In this document: piece after piece, positions 26,505-39,381 of the stretch
How the letters are laid out: every line of letters begins with the position of its first letter
Numbering within the stretch: position 1 is the stretch's first letter
Source of the DNA: Octopus sinensis
Lineage: Eukaryota
DNA: 64,000 nucleotides
NCBI RefSeq assembly: GCF_006345805.1
Contig: NC_043016.1
Coordinates: 2,170,001-2,234,000 of the forward strand
Reading direction: 5' to 3'
Notes under the pieces: generated by a model
The model's database searches: none
What the model was told of the DNA's origin: nothing
Seen by the model: the letters and a program-made list of their open reading frames with translations, nothing else
Program-made: the position numbers and the translations under genes

Positions 26505-26850
26505 AAGTGTCAGCAATATCGGCTCTAATATTTGACAGGTATTTCATTTTTATCAATACTCGGAAAGGTTGACAAGAAAAGCTTCGACTGGATTTGAACT
26601 ATGAGCTCAAAAGGTCAGAAGTGCTATCACTACAAGCTGGCCAGGAACATTGTCTGAAACGTTAATGAACCTAACATTCCACTGCCCCTATAATAATGCT
26701 TTCAAATTTTGGCACAAGAGCAGAAAGTTCGAAGGTGGGAGGAAGCCGATTACATCGACCCCTAGTTCTCCATTGGTACTTGTTCTATCGACCATGAAAG
26801 GGGAATAAAAGGAAAAGTCGACTTCGGTGGAATTTGAACCCCAAACGTAA
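26505..26850 (-). mobile_element. Two degenerate family 2 SINE pieces
   Basis: aaagtcgacttcggtggaatttgaac and gattacatcgacccc motifs. Confidence 0.55.
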
Positions 26851-26906
26851 ATGATGATGATGATGATGATGATGACGACGATGATGATGATGACGACGAC
26901 GACGAC

Positions 26907-26959
<53 letters not shown>

Positions 26960-26996
26960 CGATGATGATGATGATGACGATGATGATGATGATGAC

Positions 26997-27030
<34 letters not shown>

Positions 27031-27200
27031 TTGATGATGATGACGATGATGATGATGACGACGACAATGATGATGATCTTGATGTTGATGATGATGATAA
27101 TGATGACGACGATGACGATGATGATGATCTTGATGTTGATGATGATGATGATGATGATGAGGAGGAGGAGGACGACGACGACGACGACGACGACGATGAT
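26851..27200. repeat. (GAT)n/(GAC)n microsatellite
   Basis: Direct reading. Confidence 0.95.
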
Positions 27201-27504
27201 TCTTTTTTATTTTAAGCGCAAGACCTGAAATTTTGGGTTAGGAGACCAACTGATTACAGCGATCCCATGATGAGGATGCTGATGATAATGATGATGATGA
27301 ATAGCAACAACAACAATAATAATAGTGATTCCAAGTCTTCTTTGGAATGCTATTGTTTCATAGGGTGGGCAAATGGTGAGACCAGAAAGGAACAGAGAGG
27401 AACTCTAACTAACTGGTGGAGACCAAATATCCGTTTTATTCGAATGTGTGTGTGCGCACGCACGCGCGTGTGCGTGTGAAGCTGGGAAGAAAATATTAAG
27501 ATCT

Positions 27505-27740
27505 TTCCCGATTCATACAGCCTCATAGGGACGGTTAGTTTCCCAATTTCTGTAACGCATATATATTCTCCCCTGGACTGGACGTTGGTTTGTTACAGCA
27601 TTACTCAGTTTTGCCCGTTGAATGGACAGGAGAAACATGAAATGAAGTATCTTGCTCAAGAACATGAGGCAGTTCAGGAATCGAAACCACAATGTTACGA
27701 TCATTAGTACAGCACGCCAACCATTAAGCCGCGTGCCTAC
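27505..27740 (-). mobile_element. tRNA-derived SINE family 3 (degenerate)
   Basis: Reverse complement resembles 38865-39100 (ggtttcgattcc B box, ttcttgagcaa core). Confidence 0.6.
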
Positions 27741-28139
27741 ACTGTGGAGTAAATGTCTCATGGAAAACGATCTGTCAAATTTCACATGCGATAGAGTATG
27801 ACAGGCAAAACAGTGAATTCAAAATCGCCGATTATTACTGCAATTAGAAAGCAAAGCCGCCCTCTATGGGTGTTAAAAATCTAACAAGCAAAGGTGATAA
27901 CTGCAATATCAGCTAATCCAAGCTTGTGAGACTCTAACATGTGTGCATGTACCTGTATATAGTGTGTGCGTATGTGTGTGTGAGTGTATCTACTCGTCTA
28001 TATGTGTGTGTGGGTGTGTATAGTATGTGAATATAATATGTATGTGTATATATATATATATAATACATATATATATATACATATATACATATATATATAT
28101 GTATGTATGTATGTATATATATATATGTTATTATTTATT

Positions 28140-28170
<31 letters not shown>

Positions 28171-28179
28171 GAGAAAGAG

Positions 28180-28906
28180 AGGTGATGTGTGTGTGTGTGG
28201 TGTGTGTTGTGTGTGTGTGTGAGTGGTGTGTGCGTGCATGTTCGAGTGTATTTGCGGATGTGTTTACTTATCACACATTTGAATTTAGATTCCATAAATG
28301 TATATTTATGCATGTATAAATGTTTGTGCGTATCAGCGCGGCGTGTGTGAGTGTATGCAAGGGCGTGTGTGTGTGTTTGTGTGTGCATATATGTACATTT
28401 CTGTGTGCATGTAAGTGTAGATAAATATATAAACATATCAAAGTGCGCACGCACACGCGTATGTGTGTGTGTGTGTTGTAAATCGTGTCATATCTGTGTG
28501 TCTATGCGAACGAATTTTCTTGTGTGTGTATACACCGACGAATTTATCTCTATGTGCATATGTGTGTTTGTATTGCATACACATACACATTTGCTCACAC
28601 ACATATACACAGTAATTGTGTTCTATGCGTGCGCCCGTGTCTGTCTGTGTCTCAGAGACTGGTCATGATTCTTGCCTATGCTTAAACGCATGCGTATGAA
28701 TGAGTCTGTGTATAATTGTTTCAAGTGCATTTATGTATAAGACCGTATAAAAGTATGTGTCCAACTAAGAGCATGTTTCACTATGTGTATGTAAGTGTAC
28801 AACTGCGTGTGTATGTGCGAGCGCGCTGATATTAGTGTTCGTGTGTAAAATTGTCTGTATTAAGAGACCTTGTCTATGTGTTCGTGTGTGTGTGTGCGTG
28901 CATGTG

Positions 28907-28940
<34 letters not shown>

Positions 28941-29665
28941 GTGTGTGTGTGTTGTGTGTGGTGTGGTGTGTGGTGTGTGCGTGCATGTTCGGAGTGTATT
29001 TGCGGATGTGTTTACTTATCACCCATTTGAATTTAGATTCCATAAATGTATATTTATGCATGTATAAATGTTTGTGCGTATCAGCGCGGCGTGTGTGAGT
29101 GTATGCAAGGCGTTGTGTGTGTGTTTGTTGTGTGCATATATGTACATTTCTGTGTGCATGTAAGTGTAGATAAATATATAAACATATCAAAGTGCGCACG
29201 CACACGCGTATGTGTGTGTGTGTGTTGTAAATCGTGTCATATCTGTGTGTCTATGCGAACGAATTTTCTTGTGTGTGTATACACCGACGAATTTATCTCT
29301 ATGTGCATATGTGTGTTTTTGTATGGCATACACATACACATTTGCTCACACACATATACACAGTAATTGTGTTCTATGCGTGCGCCCGTGTCTGTCTGTG
29401 TCTCAGAGACTGGTCATGATTCTTGCCTATGCTTAAACGCATGCGTATGAATGAGTCTGTGTATAATGGTTTCAAGTGCATTTATGTATAAGACCGTATA
29501 AAAGTATGTGTCCAACTAAGAGCATGTTCACTATGTGTATGTAAGTGTACAACTGCGTGTGTATGTGCGAGCGCGCTGATATTAGTGCGTGTGTAAAATT
29601 GTCTGTATTAAGAGACCTTGTCTATGTGTTCGTGTGTGTGTGTGCGTGCATGTGTGTGTGTGTGT

Positions 29666-29720
<55 letters not shown>
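28180..29720. repeat. ~750-bp TG-rich tandem duplication (2 copies)
   Basis: gcgtgcatgttc(g)gagtgtatttgcggatg at about 28230 and 28980; near-identical apart from small indels. Confidence 0.85.
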
Positions 29721-29725
<5 letters not shown>

Positions 29726-30229
29726 AACAAGTGAAAAGCCTTTTAGCTTGAAGAAAGTGAACAGTCGTCGTGGCAAAGTGTTTAGTGAACCAGATCACAA
29801 TGGCTGGCCGACCAAGCGAAGGATTGAAGAAGTCGGTTTAGTAATTCAAGTACTTATTGGGATTCCCAGGAACTTCACCTACGGAAGAAAGCTGATCATG
29901 GAAACACTGGTCTTCAACAGTCGTCTTTGTAGAGTTTTCGCTTTTCTTTAGATCTACATTTCATCTCGTTTTTGAAAATATCTACTCAACCATAAACTTA
30001 TTTCGTTTATGTATGATCTCAGCTCTCTTTCAAGATGGCAAAAGCAGTTCAGCTGATGGACAAATTCTTAAGTAAAAAGATTAACAAGGCTGTCTGTGTA
30101 TTGTTGTTCTCTGCGTTACCTGTGATTAGGTTCCAGTGCTCTTACTCCAGCGTCGTTACATGTTCTAAGTGAGAGAAGTACATCAACGCCGATCAACTAT
30201 ATTATTTGGCGTATCGCAGTAAAGCTAAA

Positions 30230-30637
30230 CCTATCTATCCATTTATCTACCTATCTCTTAGTCTATGTATCTGCTTCTCTAATCTATCTGCTTGTCTTAT
30301 AGATCTACGTATGTACCGATCTATCAATCTATTAAGCATATAGTATATGTCTCTCTATCGAATCTATTCATTTATCTATCAACATTTAATCTATCAAGTA
30401 ATCAATCTCGATCTATCTAGCAATCAATTCATCTATCTATCTAGTCTATTTATCTCTCAGTCTGATTAAGATATCTACCTATCTGATCTATCTAACATCC
30501 AGTCGATCTATTTATTTTGATTATCTGTCCGTCAACATACCTAACTATCAAATCTGTCTTTTTATCTATTGATCTATCTGCTTATATGACTGTCTGTCTC
30601 TCTATCTCTCTATCTATCTATCTAAATATATATATAT

Positions 30638-30680
<43 letters not shown>

Positions 30681-30953
30681 AGAGAGAGAGAGACAGAGAG
30701 AGACAGAGAGAGAGACAGAGATAAACAGATAGATAGATAGATAGATAGATAGAGATAGATGTCTACTTGTTTGTCTGTCCGTCTGGCTGACTGTCTGCCT
30801 ATGTATCTGCCTATCTAGCTATCGAATCTATCTACTTACATACCTTACTACCTATCTGTTCGACTATTTATCAATCGCTCGGTCTATGTATCAATCTTTC
30901 GATCTCTCTATCCGATCTATCTGTCTCTCTCTCTCTCTCTCTCTCTCTTATAT

Positions 30954-31032
<79 letters not shown>

Positions 31033-31420
31033 TATATAGTTATATATTTATTCATCTATCTATATATCTAACTACCAACCTACCTATCTATCTATCTATT
31101 TATATCTATTTATCTGTCTATTTATCTATCTATATATCTATCTAACTATATATCAATTTATCTATCTACCTTTTTGTATGTCCGTCTGTCTGTCTGTCTG
31201 TCTGTCTGCCTGTCTTGCTGTCCGTCTAACTATTCATTGGTTATTCTCTCTAGCTTAACTTTCTACCTAACTACTTGTCCACCATCTCTCTGAGTATTTG
31301 TCTGTCGATCGATTGATCAATCGATATCCCTTTCAGTCTACCTCTCTCTCTATCTCCCTATCTATCTCTATCTCTATCCATCTGCCTATCTATCTATCAA
31401 TTTATATATCTATCTATCTA
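30230..31420. repeat. Degenerate (TATC)n/(TA)n/(GA)n low-complexity region
   Basis: Direct reading. Confidence 0.85.
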
Positions 31421-32407
31421 TTCCTAATTTATTTAATTTATTAACATATATATATCCATCAGTATAATTTGTGTATGTGTGTTTAATGAACGTGTGCTTG
31501 CGTTTATCTGTATTTATTTAATGTATATATCTGTGTGTATGCGAGTGTATCGTCTTGTGTCTGACAAAGAGGCAGAGTAGAGGGGAGTGACGAGAATGGG
31601 TGAGTGAAAAAGAAAGAGACTGAATATATATTATATATATATATAATATATATATTATATATATTATATATATGTGTGTATATATAAAGGGAAGTGTATG
31701 AGTGTGTGTGTATGGGTGAGAAAGAAGAAAGCAAGATAACGATGGGAAAGAAAGAAAAGAGAACCGAAAACGTACAAATAAAAAGATTGTATGAGTTATT
31801 GAGTGATTGATAAAGTCAGCTTGTGTGTATGAATATATGTAGCGATTGAAAGAGGAAAAGGGAGAGGCACTAAGTGTGTGTGTGAGAGGGACACGGAGAG
31901 AGTGGGAGGGAAGAGACAGAAAGAAGAGTCGAGGTGTAAGAAGCTTCTTTAGTTCTTCAACGGAATTAAACCATTGAAGTTCTGGCCATACTGGAGCATA
32001 AAGGCGTATACTTACAAAGGAACACCTCCTTAATTTCCTTTTACACAAAGTAGAATATGATGAAAGGGAACGAGGAAGAAAGAGAGAGCGCGCGATAGAA
32101 GCTGAGAGGCAGACAGGGGCAGAGAGAATAAGAGAAAGAATTTATTGATGTAAACTTCCTAATTTTCAAAAAGCTCTACACCATCAATGTGAGACAAAAT
32201 TCTTGAACAAAACGATTTTAATGGCGCACTCCTGATAGAGAAACAAACTAAGCAGCATCTATTAATACAGTCAAATATTGCACATTATATTAGATAGGTG
32301 GGTCGGAGGGAATATAAAAATAAAGGGTTGTGGTATCGACAATGAAACAGAGGAGCAGAGAACGCTTTAATATGGTGGTGGTGTAGTGAGAAGTGTGAAA
32401 GGTTGAT

Positions 32408-33305
32408 GTGGTGAACGTTATGAAACAATTGGGTAGTGAACATTATAATACAATGGTATACTGAACATTGTGGAGGCGCAATGGCCCAGTGGTTAGGGCA
32501 GCGAACTCGCGGTCGGAGGATCGCGGTTTCGATTCTCACACCGGGCGTTGTGTGTGTTTATTGAGCGAAAACACCTAAAGCTCCACGAGGCTTCGGCAGG
32601 AGGTGCTGGTGACCCCTGTTGTACTCTTTCGCCACAACTTTTTCTTACTCTCTCTCTTCTTGTTTCTTGAGTAACGCTGCGATGGACTGGTCTCCCGTTC
32701 AGCTGGGAGAACACATACGCCACAGAAACCAGAAAACCGGGCCCATGAGCCTGGCTAGGCTTGAAAAGGGCGACGTTTATCGTTTATCGTATACTGAACA
32801 TTATTTATCGTATACTGAACATGGTGTAGTGAACATTATGATACAATGTAGTGTGGGTAGTGAAACACTGGTGCTATGAACATTATAATGCAGTCGTGTG
32901 CTGGACATTATTATGCAGTGGTATAGTGAACACTATGATACAGCTGTGTAGCGAATATTAGAATACAGTCGTGCAGTGAACATTATAAAACATTGTAATA
33001 CAGTGTTATAGTGAACATTATATGGTGGCTAATGAACATTATGATACAGCCGTGTAAGGAACATTATAAAACAGTGGTATAGTGAACGTCATGATACGGT
33101 GGTATAGCGAACCTTAAGATACCGTCCACTACAGCCGTGTAATGAACGTTGTAATACAGTGGCACAATGAACACTATTATACGGTGGTATAATGAACAAT
33201 ATAATACAGTCGTGTAATGAACGTTATAGTACAGTCAACTAGTGAACATTATAATACAATGGTGTTGTGTGAGTAGTGAAATACTGGTGCTGTGAACATT
33301 ATATG
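32408..33305. repeat. ~25-bp minisatellite (consensus about AGTGAACATTATAATACAGTGGTAT)
   Basis: About 20 or more diverged units, each carrying a (G/A)TGAAC(A/G)TTA motif. Confidence 0.85.
32472..32788 (+). mobile_element. tRNA-derived SINE family 3 inserted in the minisatellite
   Basis: A box TGGCCCAGTGG, B box GGTTTCGATTC, (TTTATCG)n tail, 14-bp TSD gtatactgaacatt (32456 and 32789). Confidence 0.85.
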
Positions 33306-33861
33306 ATAAAATGAGTGTATACTAAAAATAATATTAGTTGTAGTAAAACATAGTCCAAATACATAATAATGGGATAACACCAAGATGAAGAGAAATATAT
33401 TGTATACTGTACATTGATGTACTGTGGGACCACTTAAATGCTTGATGTTGTATGCCGACTTTTACTTAATCCATTTTACAAAGACAACACTTCCAAACCG
33501 GTAATTTCACAGACAGTGTATTACTGTAATCTGCAATATTAACCAAACTTTTAGATTTATACCTACACGACCTTCTTATACCTCAACCAATTATAGAGAT
33601 ACTCTCTTATACAAATGACATCAAACTCGTATTTTCTTACCATTTTCTGCTCGCTTCCGTGCAACTATTCCATCTCTATTTAAATCATTTGGCTCTACAA
33701 CAACAAGCTTAAAGCAGCACCTACCGAATCCTATACATCACTGCTGCCAGCAAAAACAAAGATTGTTAAATACAGTCAGACTCAATATAATATGTTATAC
33801 ACGCAGATAGGAAAAATTCTAGAATCCTTCTCTACGACATTTTCTGAAGTGAATTGATGAA

Positions 33862-34003
33862 TACATTATTTACAATTGACGGATATTTGTCCTCATCTTG
33901 TTTGTTGTTAACACAACGTTTCGGCTGATATACCCTCCAGCCTTCTTCTGGTGTCTTGGGGAAATTTCGAACCGGGATTCTCATTCCTAAGGTATTTTTC
34001 CAA
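33862..34003 (-). mobile_element. ~190-bp hammerhead-bearing element family H1 (Penelope pLTR-like)
   Basis: Homologous to 36637, 37398, 48624 and 50262; abuts (CAA/TAA)n. Confidence 0.75.
33910..33955 (-). ncRNA. Minimal type-I hammerhead ribozyme motif, H1 (core CAGAAGA, degenerate)
   Basis: GACAC-CAGAAGA-A-GGCTG(10)CAGCC-GAA-ACGT-T-GTGTT. Confidence 0.65.
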
Positions 34004-34082
34004 GTTGTTGTTGTTGTTGTTGTTGTTGTTGTGTTGTTGTTGTTGTGTTGTTGTTGTTGTTGTTGTTGTTGTTGTGTTGTTG

Positions 34083-34113
<31 letters not shown>

Positions 34114-34147
34114 ATTATTATTATTATTATTATATTATTATTATTAT

Positions 34148-36540
34148 ATGTTTGACTTTTGCTTTATATTTGTACAAGTTGGCTCCAAGTCTCACCCAGA
34201 GACCTCAAGAGACAACAGGTTGGAAGTTCATGTTGTTGCTATGCCTAGTGTGCTATATGTTTGGGGTTTTTTGGTGTTGTACTAGTGAATGTCCAAAACA
34301 AATAAAATTTAAAAAAACCAAAATTATGTTTGTTTTAAACCCTGAGATTACATAGGGAGTATTTTGCGTAGGATATGAGCAGTTCCCATGAGCACTATCT
34401 TTTGAATTTCTGCCATTTTGGGGTTTCCTGGTATCTGAGTTAGGTAGCAATCAGCCCCTTTCGCTATCATTCCCAGGGCACCTATGACAACAGGTATTGT
34501 TTTAGTCTTCAGGTTCCACATTTTGCTGCTTTCTATTTCAAGATCTTTATATTTTTTCTCAGTTTTTGGTAGGTCTTGACAGATACGTTTATATCGATTG
34601 GGACAGTCATATCAATGAGGAGGCATGTTCTTTGTTTGAAGTCTTTCAATATGATGTCTGGCCTATTTGCATCTATCTTTCTGTCAGTTTGAATGGTGAA
34701 GTTCCAGAGGAGTGAGATGTGGTCATTTTCAAGCACTGGAGGTGGTTTGTGTTCCCACCAGTTTTTTTCATGGGGCAAATCCAGGTTTTTGCAAATTACC
34801 CAGTGAATATATTGTGCAGCTCTATCATGCCTGTTGAGATACTCTGTAGGCGCTAGAAGACTGCACTTGGAGACAACATGATCAATGGTTTCATTTTGTT
34901 GTTGACATACACGACATATTGCACTACCGCCGTTCTTTAATATGTTGGCCTGGTAGTTTCTTGTTGGTAGGCATTGATCTTGAGCTGCTATGATAAACCC
35001 TTCTGTTTCAGATTTTAAGCCAGAGGCCATTAGCCATTGATGGGTCAGGGCTTTGTCAACATCTGCATTATTCGCTCTCTTTGGGTATTTGCCATAGACA
35101 GGTTTTTCTTGCCATTTATCATTCAGAATATCTAAGGCCGCAGTTTTAGCACGGGTTTTCATGCGCTTAGCTTTTTCTGTGCTTGTTTCTTGTATGTATA
35201 ATTCCGAAATTTGTTGTATTCGGAATTCACTTAGACATTCCTTGTTTTCATGTTTTGAGACAAGTTTTAACATCCACTCCTCAGAGTTTTTCAGGTAGGT
35301 GTCTAGGCCAATTGTAGTAATCTTCATTGTTATTGCCAGTTGTAAAAGTCCACGGCCTCCCTCTTTTCTTGGCAGATAAAGTCGTTCTGTATCTGCCTTA
35401 GGGTGGTGCATTCTATGCACTGTCAACAGTTTTCGTATTTTTCAGTCAAGATTACATATTTCAGTAATTGACCAGTTAACGATATTGAAACTGTAAGTCA
35501 CGACTGGTATGGCTAAAGCATTGATCGCTTCGATCCTGTTTCTCGCATTAGGCTCTGTCTTCAGTATTGCTCTTACAATGCGATAACATTCTCTCCTGAT
35601 CCTTTCCTTCATCACTGAATGCCTTATTCCGTCCCCTTCAATTACCTCTAGGTACTTGTAGCTTTCCGCTGGTTCAAATTCTTTTACGACGTTCTGCTGG
35701 TCAAGGTTAATGTTACATGTTTCTGTCATTTTTCCTTTGATAAAGGTAGCTTTTGCACATTTATCGAGGCCAAATTGCATTCTGATGTCATCACTGAATT
35801 GTTTAACAATCTCTAGTAAGCCCTTGAGTTGTTGGTCACTTTTAGCAAAGAGCTTTAAATCATCCGTGTAAATGAGATGATTTATATTTTTATCAAACAT
35901 TTTATATCCGTACTGCGCGTCATTGAGCAATTTTGAGAGAGGTATTAAGGCTAAACAAAAGAGAAGTGGTGACAGTGAGTCACCCTGGAAAATGCCACAT
36001 GAAATTTTTACATCACCAGCATTTAGAGATTCATTGTCACTGTTCAAAGTTAGTGTGGTTCTCCATGATCTCATACTTACAGACAAAAAGTTTCACAGAG
36101 TAGGTGCTATTTTATACATTCCAGGCATTTCTTAATCCAGCTATGTGGTAGGCTATCAAAAGCCTTTTTATAGTCTATCCAGGCTATTGACAAGTTTTTG
36201 TGTCGTTTGTGACAATCTTCTAAGATCATCTTATTGATGAGCAGTTGGTCTTTACAACCGTAGGTTCCACGTTTACATCCTTTTTGTTCATTAGGGAATA
36301 TGCTGCTCTTTGTTAAAAAACAATAGGTATATTCCGTCAGGACAGATGTTAGCGTTTTATATATAGTTGTTAAGCAGGTTATATGTCTATAGTTTTTTGG
36401 TTCATTTGTTTCTTCACTTTTTGGAAGCAGGAATGTTAACCCATTAACTAGCCAGGAGGCATCCTACTAGGGTGTTGCAAAGCATCATTGTAAAGGTCTG
36501 TAAGCAGTTCATGGCTCTCTGGGAAGGCATTCAACCAGAA
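34148..36540 (-). mobile_element. R4/Dong LINE family A, 2.4 kb, 5'-truncated
   Basis: RT (GCKDQLLINK, WIDYKKAFDS, GIFQGDSLSP, YTDDLKL), CCHC and RLE motifs; (TAA)n on both flanks; homologous to 789-2518. Confidence 0.92.
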
Positions 36541-36635
<95 letters not shown>

Positions 36636-36636
36636 A

Positions 36637-36806
36637 TTCTATATTTAAGAGATGAGGAATTACGTACATTATTTACATTTGACGGATATTTGTCCTCATC
36701 TTGTTTGTTATTAACACAATGTTTCAGCTGATACACCCTCCAGCCTTCTTCAGGTGTCTTGGGGAAATTTCGAATCTGGGTTCTCATTCCTAAGATATTT
36801 TTCGAT
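36637..36806 (-). mobile_element. H1 hammerhead element (motif at 36713-36758)
   Basis: GACAC-CTGAAGA-A-GGCTG..CAGCT-GAA-ACAT-T-GTGTT; (ATT)n on both flanks. Confidence 0.75.
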
Positions 36807-36867
36807 GTTGTTGTTATTATTATCATTATTATTACTATTATTACTATTATTATCATTATTATTATTA

Positions 36868-36942
36868 TTCAGTTCACTACCTGGAGTCGAACTCGGAATC
36901 TTGTGGTTAGTAGCCCGCGTTCTTAACCACTACACCATATGC
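36868..36942 (-). mobile_element. ~80-bp tRNA-derived mini-SINE or tRNA pseudogene ending in (AAT)n
   Basis: A box TGGTGTAGTGG, B box GAGTTCGACTCC, 3' end gtgaactgAATAAT; degenerate copy at 48422-48486. Confidence 0.65.
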
Positions 36943-36995
36943 AACACCTACCGAATACTATAATAATAATAATGATGATAATAATAATAATAATA

Positions 36996-37222
36996 GACCT
37001 TTTGAGCGGGATGGGTTACTCGATCTGAAGAAAATTCTAACTGGGCTCCACCTGCAAGGTCATGTGCTGTTTATCTTGATATGAGATCACCATGTCGCGC
37101 ACATATGGTTGTGATGCATGTGCCTGGTGTACCCTTATCAGACGGGTAGTCATGATGGGTATACTGGGCTTCGTATATTTTACCCCAGTGTCACTTTGAT
37201 GGCATGCTCTGCTCGCTCACTC
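36996..37222 (+). mobile_element. 5'-truncated copy of the ~550-bp element
   Basis: Reverse complement of about 6228-6450; (AAT)n on both flanks. Confidence 0.8.
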
Positions 37223-37313
<91 letters not shown>

Positions 37314-37397
37314 ATAACAACAAGAACAACAAGAACAACAAGAACAACAGCAACAACAACAACAATCAACAACAACAATAATAATAATAATAATAAT

Positions 37398-37576
37398 ATC
37401 GAAGAATACCTTAGGAATGAGAACCCAGGTTCGAAATTTCCCCAAGACACCAGATGAAGGCTGGAGGGTTTAACGGCCGAATCGCTGTGTTAACAAGAAA
37501 CAAGTTGAAGACAAATATCCGTCAATTGTAAATACTGTAAATGATGTAGATAATTTCTCATCTCTTAAATGTACAA
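37398..37576 (+). mobile_element. H1 hammerhead element (degenerate motif at 37446-37491)
   Basis: GACAC-CAGATGA-A-GGCTG..CGGCC-GAAT-CGCT-GTGTT, after (AAT/AAC)n. Confidence 0.7.
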
Positions 37577-37644
37577 CTGCATGATGAACACATGATTAAA
37601 ACTTAAAAACTCGCAATATTAACAATGAGAGTAATCGGCATATA

Positions 37645-37812
37645 TATATACGACGAGCTTCTTTCAGTTTCTGTCAACGAAATCCACTCACAAGGCTTTG
37701 GTCGGCCCGAGGCTATAGTAGAAAACACTTGCCCAAGGTACCACGCAGTGGGACTGAACCCGAAACTATGTGGTTCGTAAGCAAGCTACTTATCACGCAG
37801 CCACTCCTATGC
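37645..37812 (-). mobile_element. SINE family 1, 5' half
   Basis: Same sequence as 1-163. Confidence 0.8.
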
Positions 37813-37814
37813 CT

Positions 37815-38300
37815 ATGAAATTAAATTGCCTATTCGTTTATCATTCCCGAAATCCAAGATCCTTGAGGGATATACTTAATTTAATCTGCCTGAAATATCG
37901 ATGTCTACCAGCATTTTATAAAACTGGATTAAAAAACTTTTCTTCTTCCGAAGAAAGGTACAGAGCTCGGAGTAATATTTCCAACAAAGCCTTGTTCCTT
38001 TTAGCCAATGCAGCAAACTAGCCAGTGGACTTAAATGATCCTTCTGCTTGGTGAAATATCCCCAGGAACACATCTTTGCTCTAGCCAATGAATTACGGTG
38101 TGATAGATAACATCAAACGGATAGGAACTTTAAAACAAATAATAAAAGCACTCGATAGTGATGATAAACCAACTGTTGGGGACTTCTGGAAAAGAGTCGA
38201 CCTTATGGATGCAGCAGATGACATAGCCGAGTCATACGATAAAGAAATACTGTCAGTTATGAAGTGTTTGGCAAAGCTTTTGGCGACACTTTTAACTTTA
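37815..38300 (+). pseudogene. Tigger/pogo-family transposase fragment
   Basis: LFVYHSRNPRSL, KALFLLANA and MNYGVID..KPTVGDFWK resemble pogo DDE segments (YHSENPRAL, PMDQGVI, EFWK). Confidence 0.65.
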
Positions 38301-38380
38301 CGGGTTAATTTTATTAGTTAAAAGTTTAAAAATCTAAATCAAGTTTACTAAACTACTTTGGTGCTAATAAATAATGTAGA

Positions 38381-38725
38381 GAATGGTTCTCAACCATTTT
38401 TTAAATCTATGGACCCCTTTGATTACTTTTTCATTCTTATGGAACCCTATAGCCATTCGATGTTTTTAAACTGGTTTTATAGATATTTCTTTCAAAATTT
38501 CTATTTTGTTTTTCACGTATTAACTTGTGTAGGTTGAACATGTGGTTCGTAAGCAAGCTACTTATCACGCAGACATTACAGAACGAAGCCTAGCTGTTTC
38601 TTACAATAAATAAATCTACAACAAAATTTTTCTGGGACCCCTAAAATACTACCGTGGATCTCTATCTACTATCTTGCTTATGTGAACCCCCAAAATCTTC
38701 AATTCACTCCGGTTGAGAACCACTG
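38381..38725. mobile_element. hAT-like MITE
   Basis: TIRs (g)aatggttctcaacc and ggttgagaaccactg; related partial copy at about 41509-41600. Confidence 0.65.
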
Positions 38726-38864
38726 ATATAGAAGAAGTCATAGATAATGATGTGACTGAGTTGCGAGGATCTCATAGAGAATAGAGAGGCATATGATGAA
38801 ACAACATAACGGAGCTGCAGCGCAAGAAGAGGACATAAATCATCTCCATCTTCTAAATACTTGA

Positions 38865-39100
38865 AGGCATCTGGCCTGATGGTTAAATTGTTGGTCTCAT
38901 GATCGTAAGAGTGTGGTTTCGATTCCTGGCCCGGGCGATGCGTTGTGTTCTTGAGCAAAACACTTCATTTCACGTTGCTCCAGTCCACTCAGCTGGCAAA
39001 AATGAGTAATCCTGCGACGGACCGGAATCCCGTCCAGAGTGTAAATATACACAAGCTATGGAAACCGGGAGACTGGCCCTTATGAGTCCACAGGGCTTGA
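38865..39100 (+). mobile_element. tRNA-derived SINE family 3
   Basis: TGGCCTGATGG A box, GGTTTCGATTCC B box, ttgtgttcttgagcaaaacac core. Confidence 0.7.
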
Positions 39101-39381
39101 GAAAGATGTTTTATCCTTTTCTTCTAGATATAGAAATTCCACTTCAGCAAACTGCAAATATTATGGCTAAAAGATTTACATTTACAAAAATATTAAAAAA
39201 AGATCGGCAATTTTTGCTTGATAAAGAACTTAATTGTAAACATAGCATAAAATTTGCCAAGAAATGGTTTATAATGAGCTCAGTTTTTACTCTGGGCTGT
39301 CCAAAGAGATAATGTGATGCAAATGTTAAGCAAATTCCTCACTTTCACCCTCCGAGAGATGCTGCAAGAGGTGATCTACAG

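Noticed and set aside
28180-29720. Tandem duplications here and at 17660-18570 as functional arrays
   Set aside because: Two near-identical low-complexity copies differing by small indels are as likely to be assembly or haplotype artefacts.
29720-30180. Unique-looking island as a host exon
   Set aside because: All frames I translated close within about 70 codons and show no recognisable domain; it cannot be supported without RNA-seq.
32472-32545. Functional tRNA genes at SINE heads
   Set aside because: A and B boxes are present but there is no complete cloverleaf, and they continue into SINE bodies.
32408-33305. CRISPR-like appearance of the 25-bp array and of the 65-bp units at 49636
   Set aside because: The units are contiguous and diverged with no unique spacers, there are no cas genes, and the context is eukaryotic.
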